A stretch of 56,618 nucleotides of DNA, from the IMG/VR virus record IMGVR_UViG_3300045391_004489; one strand, given 5' to 3'. The translations under genes were made by a program, and so were the position numbers. Positions 1 through 7,280 of the stretch are shown here, piece by piece; the first letter of the stretch is position 1, and each line of letters starts with the position of its first letter. The notes beneath the pieces are model-generated. The model had not been told where the DNA came from. It worked only from the letters and a program-made list of their open reading frames with translations, and made no database searches. Source of the stretch: a virus.

Positions 1-70
1 AATCTTGTGGGCTGTGGGGGTTAGTGTGGCAGACCCGAAGGTGTGTAGTTCCTCGCCCGGGAAACTTCGC
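1..70. repeat. Direct terminal repeat, left copy (70 bp, identical to 56549..56618)
   Basis: Bases 1-70 (aatcttgtgggctgtggggg...gaaacttcgc) recur exactly as the last 70 bases of the window. Confidence 0.95.
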
Positions 71-167
71 TGATCACCTTCGGGCCGGATATTATCCGGA
101 GTATGTCGGGCTCCATCACCCGAGGCCTTTCGGTCGTTGGCCCCCATCGCAGGGGCCGAATAATTGA

Positions 168-196
168 AGTATAGGGCGGGGGTACTACGGTGTCAA
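168..196 (-). promoter_or_regulatory. Sigma70/SigA-like promoter, leftward (TTGACA-N17-TATACT)
   Basis: Minus strand reads gcatTTGACAccgtagtacccccgcccTATACTt; no ORF downstream before the genome end. Confidence 0.6.
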
Positions 197-254
197 ATGC
201 CCTGATAGAGTACTGAGTTGCTCGATGGGTAGATAAACCAAGATCAACATGGAA

Positions 255-502
255 CAAGGCTCCGTACCGCTGTTCCGTGGATGAAGTCCTCGCGGTCTGA
301 GTATTCATCTCCAGCGATACGGAGCCTTGGCGGGCCTGGTGGATTCGAACCACCTCGATAGTACCTACCTTTACCATGCCAGCGTCCTGGCGGCCCTTGT
401 TACTACCAATGACCCCCGCCGGTGGGGGGGCCGAACCGGCGAGGGTCTTCGGAAGACGGCTCGAAGGTAAAACCGAAGGGAGGGAAATCCCCCGAGCGCG
501 AC
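255..502 (-). ncRNA. Candidate structured non-coding RNA (contains tRNA-like T-arm; not a canonical tRNA)
   Basis: Minus-strand GGTGG-TTCGAAT-CCACC (354->338); 12+5+7 bp rod hairpin 255-266/318-329, 268-272/312-316, 279-285/304-310; 7-bp hairpin 417-423/435-441; a weak promoter lies just upstream; I could not fold a cloverleaf by eye. Confidence 0.25.
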
Positions 503-508
503 TAATCA

Positions 509-537
509 ATGATGGCATGCCTTGGCTCAGTTGTCAA
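509..537 (-). promoter_or_regulatory. Weak-to-moderate promoter, leftward (TTGACA-N17-CATCAT)
   Basis: Minus strand ccTTGACAactgagccaaggcatgcCATCAT immediately after the stop of 541..759. Confidence 0.4.
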
Positions 538-540
538 GGT

Positions 541-759
541 CTAGAGAAAGACTATGAGAAATGCCACGAAGCCGACTACCGCAACAGCGGCGATTGCCAG
601 GGTCACGCAAGCACCCGTGATGAGTGCGCGAACCTTGACCTCGTAAGGACCCCCGGGCCGGTCGAACTCGATCTCGTCTCGACGACTCCCAGTGAACAGG
701 CCCGCGAAGAACGGCCCCTCAGTCCATCCCACACCGAAGCGGAGTCTCATCGTACTCAC
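541..759 (-). CDS. Hypothetical protein with C-terminal transmembrane anchor
   Basis: ORF track; GTGA overlap with upstream gene; hydrophobic tail ITGACVTLAIAAVAVVGFVAFLIVFL. Confidence 0.55.
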   Translation of the reverse strand: MSTMRLRFGVGWTEGPFFAGLFTGSRRDEIEFDRPGGPYEVKVRALITGACVTLAIAAVAVVGFVAFLIVFL

Positions 760-1085
760 TCCTTCCGGTTGTCCAGATCGTTTATCCAGGCGATGACCTC
801 GCCGCCGAGCAGGACGAGAGCTCGTCGCAGGGCCGCCGGATTGTCGGTCTTGGCGACCTCGGCCATGTAGCTGCGGGTGCTGAGCAGCCAGGTGACCTCG
901 CCGGCGCTCATCGCTTCGCGCAGGTTATACTGGGTCACGCGATAGTTGCCCGTGTTGCGCGGTCCAGTGCCGTCGGTGTGGAGGTCGTGCTGATTCTGCC
1001 TGTGGCGGAAAGCCGCCATCAGTTCGAGCCCCAGGTCGGCCAGTCTGCCGGCGTCGACCGAAGCGTCGGTGTCGAGGAGGGTCAC
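756..1085 (-). CDS. Hypothetical protein (109 aa, GTG start)
   Basis: C-terminal part of ORF 756..1355 looks protein-like, N-terminal Arg-rich part does not; GTG at 1085 overlaps the stop of 1082..1351 (GTGA). Confidence 0.5.
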   Translation of the reverse strand: MTLLDTDASVDAGRLADLGLELMAAFRHRQNQHDLHTDGTGPRNTGNYRVTQYNLREAMSAGEVTWLLSTRSYMAEVAKTDNPAALRRALVLLGGEVIAWINDLDNRKE

Positions 1086-1351
1086 AGGGTGGACCTCGTT
1101 TCGGGTCGGAAGAGGTGTTGGGGGTTGGAGGTGTACGAGACCTTTATCATGTCGGTCTCCACGAGCACGTCGGGGTTGCCCATGTCGATCCAGAAGCCTT
1201 CGCGCGAGTGGCGGTAGTCGGGGTCGTGCTCCCCGAGGACGGTGATGATGTCCCCCTCGACCGCGTCGTGCGCCAGAACGAAGGATATGTTGTCGTCTTC
1301 TCGCAGCGACTCCAGCATCTCGCAGAGCTGCCGCTTCGTCAAGTTCTTCAT
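1082..1351 (-). CDS. Hypothetical protein (89 aa), near-leaderless
   Basis: ATG 1351 lies 7 nt downstream of the TAGCAT -10 of promoter 1359..1387; MKNLTKRQLCEML... Confidence 0.6.
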   Translation of the reverse strand: MKNLTKRQLCEMLESLREDDNISFVLAHDAVEGDIITVLGEHDPDYRHSREGFWIDMGNPDVLVETDMIKVSYTSNPQHLFRPETRSTL

Positions 1352-1358
1352 GCAAAGC

Positions 1359-1387
1359 ATGCTACCAGGCTCATGACAGGTTGTCAA
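1359..1387 (-). promoter_or_regulatory. Promoter, leftward (TTGACA-N17-TAGCAT), leaderless start
   Basis: Minus strand gcatTTGACAacctgtcatgagcctggTAGCATgctttgcATG. Confidence 0.7.
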
Positions 1388-1403
1388 ATGCCCCCACACA
1401 GCA

Positions 1404-1469
1404 CTGAGCGCCAGGTGGCTTCACTCCCAGATCGAAGGGAGTCGCGGGGAAGACTTACCTGGCGCTCAG
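1404..1469 (-). terminator. Large compound hairpin (perfect 13-bp outer stem)
   Basis: ctgagcgccaggt (1404-1416) is the exact reverse complement of acctggcgctcag (1457-1469); inner stem actccc/gggagt; downstream of gene 1504..2100. Confidence 0.6.
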
Positions 1470-1474
1470 CTATC

Positions 1475-1494
1475 CCCCACCGAGGGTAGTGGGG
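1475..1494 (-). terminator. Hairpin directly after the stop of 1504..2100
   Basis: ccccac / gtgggg, 6-bp stem, 8-nt loop. Confidence 0.45.
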
Positions 1495-1503
1495 AACTCT
1501 GTG

Positions 1504-2100
1504 TCAGTCCTGCTCTTCGAGCGGACGGGCGAGATATTCGGCGAGCTCCTCGTCGCTTATCTCGGCGTTGTGGTACTTGCAGAATGGCTTGGGGTGGCGC
1601 CCACCAGGGCCGCAGTAGTTGTCGACCGGGTCATCCTCGTTGCCGCAGAAGAAGATCTGCGGATGCATCTCGCAGAACTTCGTGCCGTTGACCGTCTTCT
1701 TGTTGCACTTCTCCTCCAGTCCCTTGACCTTCGGGTGCTTCCAAGAGTAGCTGCATATGACCCCGTGCATGCGCTGTCGCTCGGCGACTGTCTTCGTCAT
1801 GCGGGTCATGAGGTCGTCCTCGGCCAGCGGGTCGACCTTCTCGACGATCTTAGGCTTCGGCTTCCGGGGGGCCTTCGTGGTCGAGGTGGTCTTCGACGTG
1901 GATCGAGACCCAGGTCGATTGACCCAGGTCCCGAAGAGCTCCTTCAGTTCGACGAGGTCGTCGGCGTCGATGTTGTACCGAGCGCCTTGACCTACCGGCT
2001 CGAAGGGGGATGCCGAGGACCGCAGGAACTTCCGGAGAACCCTGGCGGTCGTGCCGAGCGAGTCAGCTATCTCGGCGGTGGAAAGCGAGGAGCCCATCAT
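1504..2100 (-). CDS. HTH-type DNA-binding protein with C-terminal Cys-rich domain (paralogue of 11595..11996)
   Basis: N-terminus LSTAEIADSLGTTARVLRKFLRS...VGQGARYNI matches 11595 product LSEEIGTTPKELRKFLRS...VGKGGRYTI; C-terminal half carries many Cys/His (CSYSWKH...CNKK...CEMH...CGNE...CGPG...CKYH); SD ggagg. Confidence 0.7.
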   Translation of the reverse strand: MMGSSLSTAEIADSLGTTARVLRKFLRSSASPFEPVGQGARYNIDADDLVELKELFGTWVNRPGSRSTSKTTSTTKAPRKPKPKIVEKVDPLAEDDLMTRMTKTVAERQRMHGVICSYSWKHPKVKGLEEKCNKKTVNGTKFCEMHPQIFFCGNEDDPVDNYCGPGGRHPKPFCKYHNAEISDEELAEYLARPLEEQD

Positions 2101-2135
2101 ACCTCCATGCCATGCGGTGAGTGCGTCAGATTGCT

Positions 2136-2165
2136 ATGCTAGCATGGCATGGTGGGGAATGTCAA
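2136..2165 (-). promoter_or_regulatory. Promoter, leftward (TTGACA-N18-TAGCAT)
   Basis: Minus strand ccTTGACAttccccaccatgccatgcTAGCAT; the -10 lies inside the ATGCTAGCAT palindrome. Confidence 0.55.
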
Positions 2166-2395
2166 GGCGAGGCGTTATCAGCCACGGGGTAGCCGTTGAG
2201 GACTCCGCACTTGTGGCTGCCGCTGCGATCGCCCACATGCACGTAGCCGTGGAAGGCGCAGTCGAATCCGCAAGCGACGATGGGCTGCTGGCAGTGGCGG
2301 CACTGCGTGCCCGGATTATTGGCGAGCGCGTTCACCACCAGAGACCTGAAAGGCTCGCTGTTCCGTGTGGGTCGGGGTATGTTGACTTCGGTCAC
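2162..2395 (-). CDS. Small Cys/His-rich protein
   Basis: ORF track; CRHCQQPIVACGFDCAFHGYVH...HKC; coupled to neighbouring genes. Confidence 0.55.
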   Translation of the reverse strand: MTEVNIPRPTRNSEPFRSLVVNALANNPGTQCRHCQQPIVACGFDCAFHGYVHVGDRSGSHKCGVLNGYPVADNASP

Positions 2396-2595
2396 TCCAC
2401 TATCTTCTCTATGATCGCGGTGTCGGCGGTGATGGAAGGAGGGCGGCGATTGCTCCGAATCTTGTCCCGCTTTCGCTGGTCCAAGTGGCGCTCGAGAATC
2501 ATGCTGCCGAGGATAAAAGGACCAGCCCCCACACCGAGCCCGGCTCCAAGAGCGAAGCCGAACTCGGTGAGGTGGCCGAAGAACGAGTTGAACAC
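2392..2595 (-). CDS. Small membrane protein
   Basis: GTG start; hydrophobic Gly-rich segment FGFALGAGLGVGAGPFILGSMIL. Confidence 0.55.
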   Translation of the reverse strand: MFNSFFGHLTEFGFALGAGLGVGAGPFILGSMILERHLDQRKRDKIRSNRRPPSITADTAIIEKIVE

Positions 2596-2608
2596 TGTGC
2601 AGTTGGTC

Positions 2609-3058
2609 CTAGCGCTGGTTGCTCTTGCGGATGTTGGTGTGCTGGGTGCGCTCGACGACGAGCTCGGGGGTGACGTAATCGGGCAGCGAGATGACCTCCC
2701 AGCCCTCCACGGGGTCCGAATGGTCCTCGGCCACCATCAGCACGTCGCCGGCGATGTAGTACAGCGGGTCGGGGTAGAACAGCCAGGCGCGGTGGTTGAC
2801 CGGCCGCCGCCGCTCGTGTCCCTCCTCATCTACCACCATCACGATGTGGATGTCGGGGTCGTACTCGGTGGGCCTGAGCTTGTCCAGTTCGGGGGTGCGG
2901 ACGTACCCGGGGAAGAGGTCGGGAATGCCGAGCGAGTCGCAGAAGAACCGCATGAGTGCCGAGTGTGCGATCGTACCGGAGCCAACCTCGAGCTGGAGCT
3001 CGGTGATGGGCTTGTCGGAGTCGGCGGGGATGTGGAGCGCCCGGAAGAAGTTTGCCAC
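2609..3058 (-). CDS. Hypothetical protein (149 aa)
   Basis: ORF track; GTG start 1 nt after the upstream stop; protein-like composition. Confidence 0.65.
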   Translation of the reverse strand: MANFFRALHIPADSDKPITELQLEVGSGTIAHSALMRFFCDSLGIPDLFPGYVRTPELDKLRPTEYDPDIHIVMVVDEEGHERRRPVNHRAWLFYPDPLYYIAGDVLMVAEDHSDPVEGWEVISLPDYVTPELVVERTQHTNIRKSNQR

Positions 3059-3059
3059 G

Positions 3060-3401
3060 TCAGTGGCTCGCCTTCTTGCGCTGGTTCGACGACTTCTTGC
3101 CGTGGCTGCGGACGGGGGCGAAGCGGGACGCGCTGCTCGTCGCGGATCCGGGGGGCAGGGCCAGCCCCCGGTTGACGGGCGGGCAGGGGTTGGTGAGGAC
3201 GAACAAGAGTGAAGCGGGGGAGCAGGCGGGGCAGTTCGCCGGGTGTGAGAGTTCCGCCGTACGCGACCGTCGCAAGGACGTGTGATGCACGGGGGAGGGG
3301 AGGGGGTTGCTGAGCTCGCGGGCCAGGTCGCCGTGCTGGGGGTCGCTCAACATCCCCGCAAATATCGGGGTGTCGCTGAGCGGGAGGGGGTGCGTCATCA
3401 T
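3060..3401 (-). CDS. Hypothetical Pro-rich protein
   Basis: ATG preceded by ggagg; GC3-rich codons; composition is unusual. Confidence 0.4.
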   Translation of the reverse strand: MMTHPLPLSDTPIFAGMLSDPQHGDLARELSNPLPSPVHHTSLRRSRTAELSHPANCPACSPASLLFVLTNPCPPVNRGLALPPGSATSSASRFAPVRSHGKKSSNQRKKASH

Positions 3402-3433
3402 CGCCTCCGAAATAGGGGTCAGGTTCGCTAAGC

Positions 3434-3462
3434 AGTATATCGCTCCACAACTGCCCTGTCAA
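3434..3462 (-). promoter_or_regulatory. Promoter, leftward (TTGACA-N17-TATACT)
   Basis: Minus strand agTTGACAgggcagttgtggagcgaTATACT, followed by a leader with SD ggagg before ATG 3401. Confidence 0.7.
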
Positions 3463-3464
3463 CT

Positions 3465-3701
3465 TCAGGTGGTGGTCAAGCCTTCGTGCCAGGTAGTGTC
3501 GCAGTGAGCGCATCCGTAGTGATGCCCGCCGTAGCATGGAGAATCCAGCCCAGCGTCGGCAGTGTCGTCCGGGATGAAAACGGGGGCGCCGGTGGAGTCG
3601 ACCCCCACTATGGTGCCCAGCTGCATCGTTATGGCCAGCCAGTGATGCTGCCCCGTGGAAGAACCTGCGCAGTGAACGCTCGACGAAACCTCTGCGGACA
3701 T
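3465..3701 (-). CDS. Small Cys/His-rich protein (78 aa)
   Basis: ATG 3701 with SD aagagg; ...CYGGHHYGCAHCDTTWH. Confidence 0.5.
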   Translation of the reverse strand: MSAEVSSSVHCAGSSTGQHHWLAITMQLGTIVGVDSTGAPVFIPDDTADAGLDSPCYGGHHYGCAHCDTTWHEGLTTT

Positions 3702-3715
3702 GCTTACCTCTTGCT

Positions 3716-4234
3716 TCAGACGGCAGAACGGTTGAAAGAGTGGCTGATCCCACACAGAGTGCAGCGACGAACGTCAGCTGAAGTAAAACCCTCCAGAGCC
3801 GTGCCGCGGAACGCGTGATGGTTATGGAAGTACCCGAATATGGTGGGTCGACGGCACTGGAAGCACCAGTCGTGTCGGCCGTACTCGTGGATGAGGTCGC
3901 GGCTGAGGCTCCATACGACGAGGCGTACGCCTTCTGGGCCCGGGATCGGCTTGCCTCCCGACGTCGCGCGGACTCGACGATGAGGTGGGCCATACGATCG
4001 AGCCCTTGACTGGACAGCCGCGTCGTAAATGTCGTCGAGCCGGTCGAGAACGTACCCGGCAGCAGTCTGGTATCCACTGACTTCCTTCTTCGTCCACTTG
4101 GAGTCTTCGGTCTTCTTGACCCACAGTCGCCAGGGCTTGACGCCCGGCTCGACCTGGGTGGGGTACAGCGCCGGCGTCGTCTCGAAGTACTTGCGGAACG
4201 TCTTGTCCTCGAGAAGCGTGGGCAGCGGGATCAC
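3716..4234 (-). CDS. Hypothetical protein with C-terminal CxxC...CxxC zinc-ribbon-like motif
   Basis: ORF track; WCFQCRRP...RRCTLCG. Confidence 0.6.
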   Translation of the reverse strand: MIPLPTLLEDKTFRKYFETTPALYPTQVEPGVKPWRLWVKKTEDSKWTKKEVSGYQTAAGYVLDRLDDIYDAAVQSRARSYGPPHRRVRATSGGKPIPGPEGVRLVVWSLSRDLIHEYGRHDWCFQCRRPTIFGYFHNHHAFRGTALEGFTSADVRRCTLCGISHSFNRSAV

Positions 4235-4503
4235 AGGATATTCCCATCGTTGGACTGGGTCATGGCGTCGCCGGCGAAGTGCTTCATCTGGTCGTAGAAC
4301 TTGACCGTCGGAAAGCCGTTGGCGGGGTCGTGAAGGGTGTGGAGGTTTCGCTCCTCCAACAGGTGGTACCGCTGCATCACACGAATCATGTCCTGTGCAG
4401 CGTCGAGATCGATCACCGCCTGGCCGGTCGTGATCGCCACGTAGGCGATCTCGATGAGCTTGGAGGTGGCCGCGAGCGCGGTCTCTCGGGTGGGGTGCGT
4501 CAT
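4231..4503 (-). CDS. Hypothetical protein (90 aa)
   Basis: ATG 4503 preceded by aggag; MTHPTRETALAATSKLIEIAYVA... Confidence 0.6.
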   Translation of the reverse strand: MTHPTRETALAATSKLIEIAYVAITTGQAVIDLDAAQDMIRVMQRYHLLEERNLHTLHDPANGFPTVKFYDQMKHFAGDAMTQSNDGNIL

Positions 4504-4513
4504 TGTGTTTCTC

Positions 4514-4597
4514 CTAGCAGCCGCAGTAGTAGGAGCCACCCTCACACCAGCAAGGCTCTTGCCGGACTTGGGGCGCGGGCGGCGTCGAGTACCTCAT
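4514..4597 (-). CDS. Possible 27-aa Cys-rich micro-ORF (below the ORF-track cutoff)
   Basis: ATGA overlap with the stop of 4594..4836; MRYSTPPAPQVRQEPCWCEGGSYYCGC; GC3-rich. Confidence 0.25.
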   Translation of the reverse strand: MRYSTPPAPQVRQEPCWCEGGSYYCGC

Positions 4598-4836
4598 TGT
4601 GCCCCCTTCCATCTGTTGGCCAGGCGCCAGCGGTCCTCGGCCTGTATGCGAGCGATGTAAGTTTGGATGAGCTCGAGCTCCCCCGGCTCGAACGCGGCTT
4701 CGGTGTCACCCGAGAACTTCGCCCAGATCAGGCGGGGGCTCGAGTACTTCGGGGTCGGTATCACTCTTCCCACACCGAGTAGAGCCGGTGACTGCTTTGT
4801 CACCACCTGCTCGCCTATCGCAAACTCACCTGCCAT
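4594..4836 (-). CDS. Hypothetical protein (80 aa), first gene of the leftward arm
   Basis: SD aagggagg; downstream of promoter 4864..4893. Confidence 0.65.
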   Translation of the reverse strand: MAGEFAIGEQVVTKQSPALLGVGRVIPTPKYSSPRLIWAKFSGDTEAAFEPGELELIQTYIARIQAEDRWRLANRWKGAQ

Positions 4837-4863
4837 GTCAGCCTCCCTTTTAGCGATGGCACT

Positions 4864-4893
4864 ACTATATCGCTACCCTGTGCTGTTAGTCAA
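4864..4893 (-). promoter_or_regulatory. Promoter, leftward (TTGACT-N18-TATAGT)
   Basis: Minus strand gtagTTGACTaacagcacagggtagcgaTATAGT; divergent from promoter 4923..4951. Confidence 0.65.
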
Positions 4894-4922
4894 CTACTCG
4901 GTCGCTCGAAGCTTCTCAGTGG

Positions 4923-4951
4923 TTGCTTTACTCTGATATTAGTTTTAGTAT
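4923..4951 (+). promoter_or_regulatory. Promoter, rightward (TTGCTT-N17-TAGTAT), leaderless
   Basis: TAGTAT is followed by 6 nt and then ATG 4958. Confidence 0.65.
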
Positions 4952-4957
4952 TTTCAC

Positions 4958-7036
4958 ATGACGACTATTAGCAAAGCCGACCAGATACTGCGCATCATAT
5001 CGCAGGCATGGGGGCCCGAGGACAATACGGGATACTGCTTTTTCCCCTGGGTGGAAGGGCCTGATAGGAAGTTCCGTAGTAAGTCGTTTCAGTGGCCGCA
5101 GCAGCGGGACGATATATTGCAGCACATGCTGGCGCACGAGGGTGACGACCTCTATTGGTGTCCGCTACTCTTCGCCCAGGACGCCCGCCAAGTGCAGTAC
5201 GCCACCGAGGAGTATGCGCTCTGGGCTGACCTCGACGAGGCAGATCCTCGAAAGATCGACCCGAAGTGGAAGCCCTCGATCGCCTGGGAGACTTCGCCGG
5301 GCAGGTACCAGGCTCTCTGGCTACTGAACGACCCCGATGAGGAGGATCTCTACGGGGCTTCTCAGAAGGGTGCGGACAACCAGCGTATGACGAGGCTGGT
5401 CGACGCCGACCCCAGTGGGTGGGACACCACGCAATTGCTGAGGCTGCCGGGCTGGACCAACCACAAATCTCAGTATGAAGATGAGAACGGGGAGTTTCCC
5501 CAGGGCAAGCTGCTGTGGTCCAAGGGGCCTCGATACAACGCGGAGCAGTTCAATGAATTGCCGGCGATCGATGACGAAGGGGAAGAGCTCCCCCTCGACG
5601 CAGAGCTCTTCGAGAAGATCGATGGAGTCGAGCCTGGTGAGGTGCTCGACCGAGTAAGACTCTTGCTCCCAAAGAGTGTCCCTGAGCGAATGGAGCGAGG
5701 GCCTCAGGAGGGCGAAGATCGCAGCAAGCCGATGTTCTACTTCATGCGTTGCCTGGCGGACGTTGGCTGCAGCATCCAGGAGATAGTGGCGGTCATACGC
5801 CCCACACCTTGGAATAAGTTCAGGGGTCGTAAGACTGAACTCGAAGACCTGGCGGAGCAGGCAAAGACTGCCTGGACTAAACGCAAGAAGCAGTTCAGCG
5901 AGACGGTCGACTACACTGGCTTGAATGTCAACGACTTCATAGCCGCGGCGAAGCCGCCCAAGTGGCTGGTGCGCAACATGATCGTCCGGGGCAATGTGGG
6001 ATTCATCGGGGGTGAACCCAAGGCCCGCAAGAGCTGGGTGGCACTTGACCTGGCGATGTCGGTCGCGGGATCTGCCAGCGCACACCACATGCACTTTCTC
6101 GATCAGTTCGCGGTTGAACAGTCCGGTCCAGTGTTGTACTTTGTGTTGGAGGACTCTCCACACCTGATGTCGGACCGCATCAAGAAGGTGTGGGAAGCCA
6201 AGACAAAGTACGACGGTACACAGCTCATTCTGCACGAAGGGGGGGTATACAGTGAACCTCGGGGCTCCCGTATCGAAGCGCCCTTAACTCTGGTACATGG
6301 CCACCAGGTCAATTTCTCTGACAAGGACTCAATGGCGAAGGTTCAACAGCGAATTCGACAGGGTTACACGATGGCAAACGGTAAGAAGTGGGCCTACGCC
6401 CTGGTCATCTTCGACACCTTCATGCGCAGCGTTGGTGGCTCAGACATCAACCACATGGGCGAGATGATGAACATAGTCCTAGACCCACTCACCCGAATGG
6501 CCAAGCGAGAGAACACGACAATACTGCTCGTGCACCACTTCAACAAGTCAAGAGTCGAGGGTGAGATACGCGGTGGCACCCGGCTGCTGGGCTCTCAGGC
6601 GCTGCACGCCTGGGCCGAGGACTCACTCTACCTCACCGCCCGCGAACACGGCTTCATCATGGAGCTAGAGTCTAAGGCCGCCCCCTCCGGGCGGTGGGAC
6701 TTTAAGACCGATCCCACACAGCGCACCTGGGCCCCAACGTACACCCTCGACGCAGGAGCTCAGGTACACGACATCGACTTCTCAACAGTGGAGCGGCCCA
6801 AGCCCCGCCGCGGGTCAAACACACCCAAGCTCAGCGGCAACTCAGCCAAAGTGTGGCGCGCCTGCCTCAGGCTACAGCCCGAAGGCCCCCAACGATGCTC
6901 AGACATCTCTCGCGCAGCGGGCCTCTCACCCGCAGCCACCTACAACTGTCTCAGAAAGCTCCAGGAGATCGGCCGCGCGGCCCAAACCCCCGACAAACTT
7001 TGGACAGTCCACGCGAAGCCTGACCCCGTCAACTGA
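4958..7036 (+). CDS. Primase-polymerase / RecA-like replicative helicase fusion with C-terminal wHTH
   Basis: N-terminal RepB/prim-pol-type motifs (ALWADLDEAD, SPGRYQALWLL, LRLPGWTNHK); AAA_25-like P-loop GGEPKARKSW and LVHHFNK; 692 aa. Confidence 0.9.
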   Translation: MTTISKADQILRIISQAWGPEDNTGYCFFPWVEGPDRKFRSKSFQWPQQRDDILQHMLAHEGDDLYWCPLLFAQDARQVQYATEEYALWADLDEADPRKIDPKWKPSIAWETSPGRYQALWLLNDPDEEDLYGASQKGADNQRMTRLVDADPSGWDTTQLLRLPGWTNHKSQYEDENGEFPQGKLLWSKGPRYNAEQFNELPAIDDEGEELPLDAELFEKIDGVEPGEVLDRVRLLLPKSVPERMERGPQEGEDRSKPMFYFMRCLADVGCSIQEIVAVIRPTPWNKFRGRKTELEDLAEQAKTAWTKRKKQFSETVDYTGLNVNDFIAAAKPPKWLVRNMIVRGNVGFIGGEPKARKSWVALDLAMSVAGSASAHHMHFLDQFAVEQSGPVLYFVLEDSPHLMSDRIKKVWEAKTKYDGTQLILHEGGVYSEPRGSRIEAPLTLVHGHQVNFSDKDSMAKVQQRIRQGYTMANGKKWAYALVIFDTFMRSVGGSDINHMGEMMNIVLDPLTRMAKRENTTILLVHHFNKSRVEGEIRGGTRLLGSQALHAWAEDSLYLTAREHGFIMELESKAAPSGRWDFKTDPTQRTWAPTYTLDAGAQVHDIDFSTVERPKPRRGSNTPKLSGNSAKVWRACLRLQPEGPQRCSDISRAAGLSPAATYNCLRKLQEIGRAAQTPDKLWTVHAKPDPVN

Positions 7037-7058
7037 CTCGCGCGTGCCCGCGGGCGTA

Positions 7059-7078
7059 ATTTACCCTTCGGGTAAAAT
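7059..7078 (+). terminator. Hairpin plus T-rich tail after the primase gene
   Basis: aatttaccc-ttcg-ggtaaaattt. Confidence 0.55.
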
Positions 7079-7095
7079 TTAACAAATGATAAGGT

Positions 7096-7180
7096 GGCAA
7101 GGGCGATCATGGGTCGCCCCTTGCCTCATCCCGATGCACTACTGTGATCGCGGGCTCCGCTTCGCTGCGCTCCCGCGATC
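7096..7180 (+). terminator. Two further GC-rich hairpins
   Basis: ggcaagggcga/tcgccccttgcc (7096-7125) and gatcgcggg/cccgcgatc (7146-7180). Confidence 0.45.
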
Positions 7181-7229
7181 CCAATAATGAACGGGGCGAC
7201 CAATCGCCGACGTCGAGGTGATCACGGGG

Positions 7230-7258
7230 TTGATATGATAGGGCGGGTTTGATATACT
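7230..7258 (+). promoter_or_regulatory. Promoter (TTGATA-N17-TATACT)
   Basis: ggTTGATAtgatagggcgggtttgaTATACT, then SD gaggagg before ATG 7281. Confidence 0.7.
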
Positions 7259-7280
7259 GATGCGTGAGAGGAGGTAAGAC

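Noticed and set aside
329-420. tRNA gene on the minus strand, suggested by the perfect GGTGGTTCGAATCCACC T-arm
   Set aside because: I could not pair a 7-bp acceptor stem directly abutting the T-stem. The best option is 6 bp with a 2-nt offset, spanning 92 nt. I also could not build a D-arm with GG or a 5-bp/7-nt anticodon arm. It is kept only as a candidate structured RNA pending tRNAscan-SE/ARAGORN.
21-870. ORFs 21..518(-) (165 aa) and 376..870(+) (164 aa) at the left end
   Set aside because: The composition looks like translated non-coding GC-rich DNA. There is no SD or promoter-compatible start. The region is full of hairpins and promoters, and 376..870 runs antisense to better-supported genes.
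2839-4077. Long antisense or alternative-frame ORFs: 2839..4077(-), 2051..3175(+), 15577..16797(-), 19944..20849(-), 23485..24933(-), 26395..27546(-), 31762..32829(-), 52772..53815(-), 54555..55691(-)
   Set aside because: These are typical high-GC shadow ORFs. They are Arg/Pro/Gly/Ala-rich and low in complexity, they overlap motif-supported genes on the other strand or frame, and they have no independent start signals.
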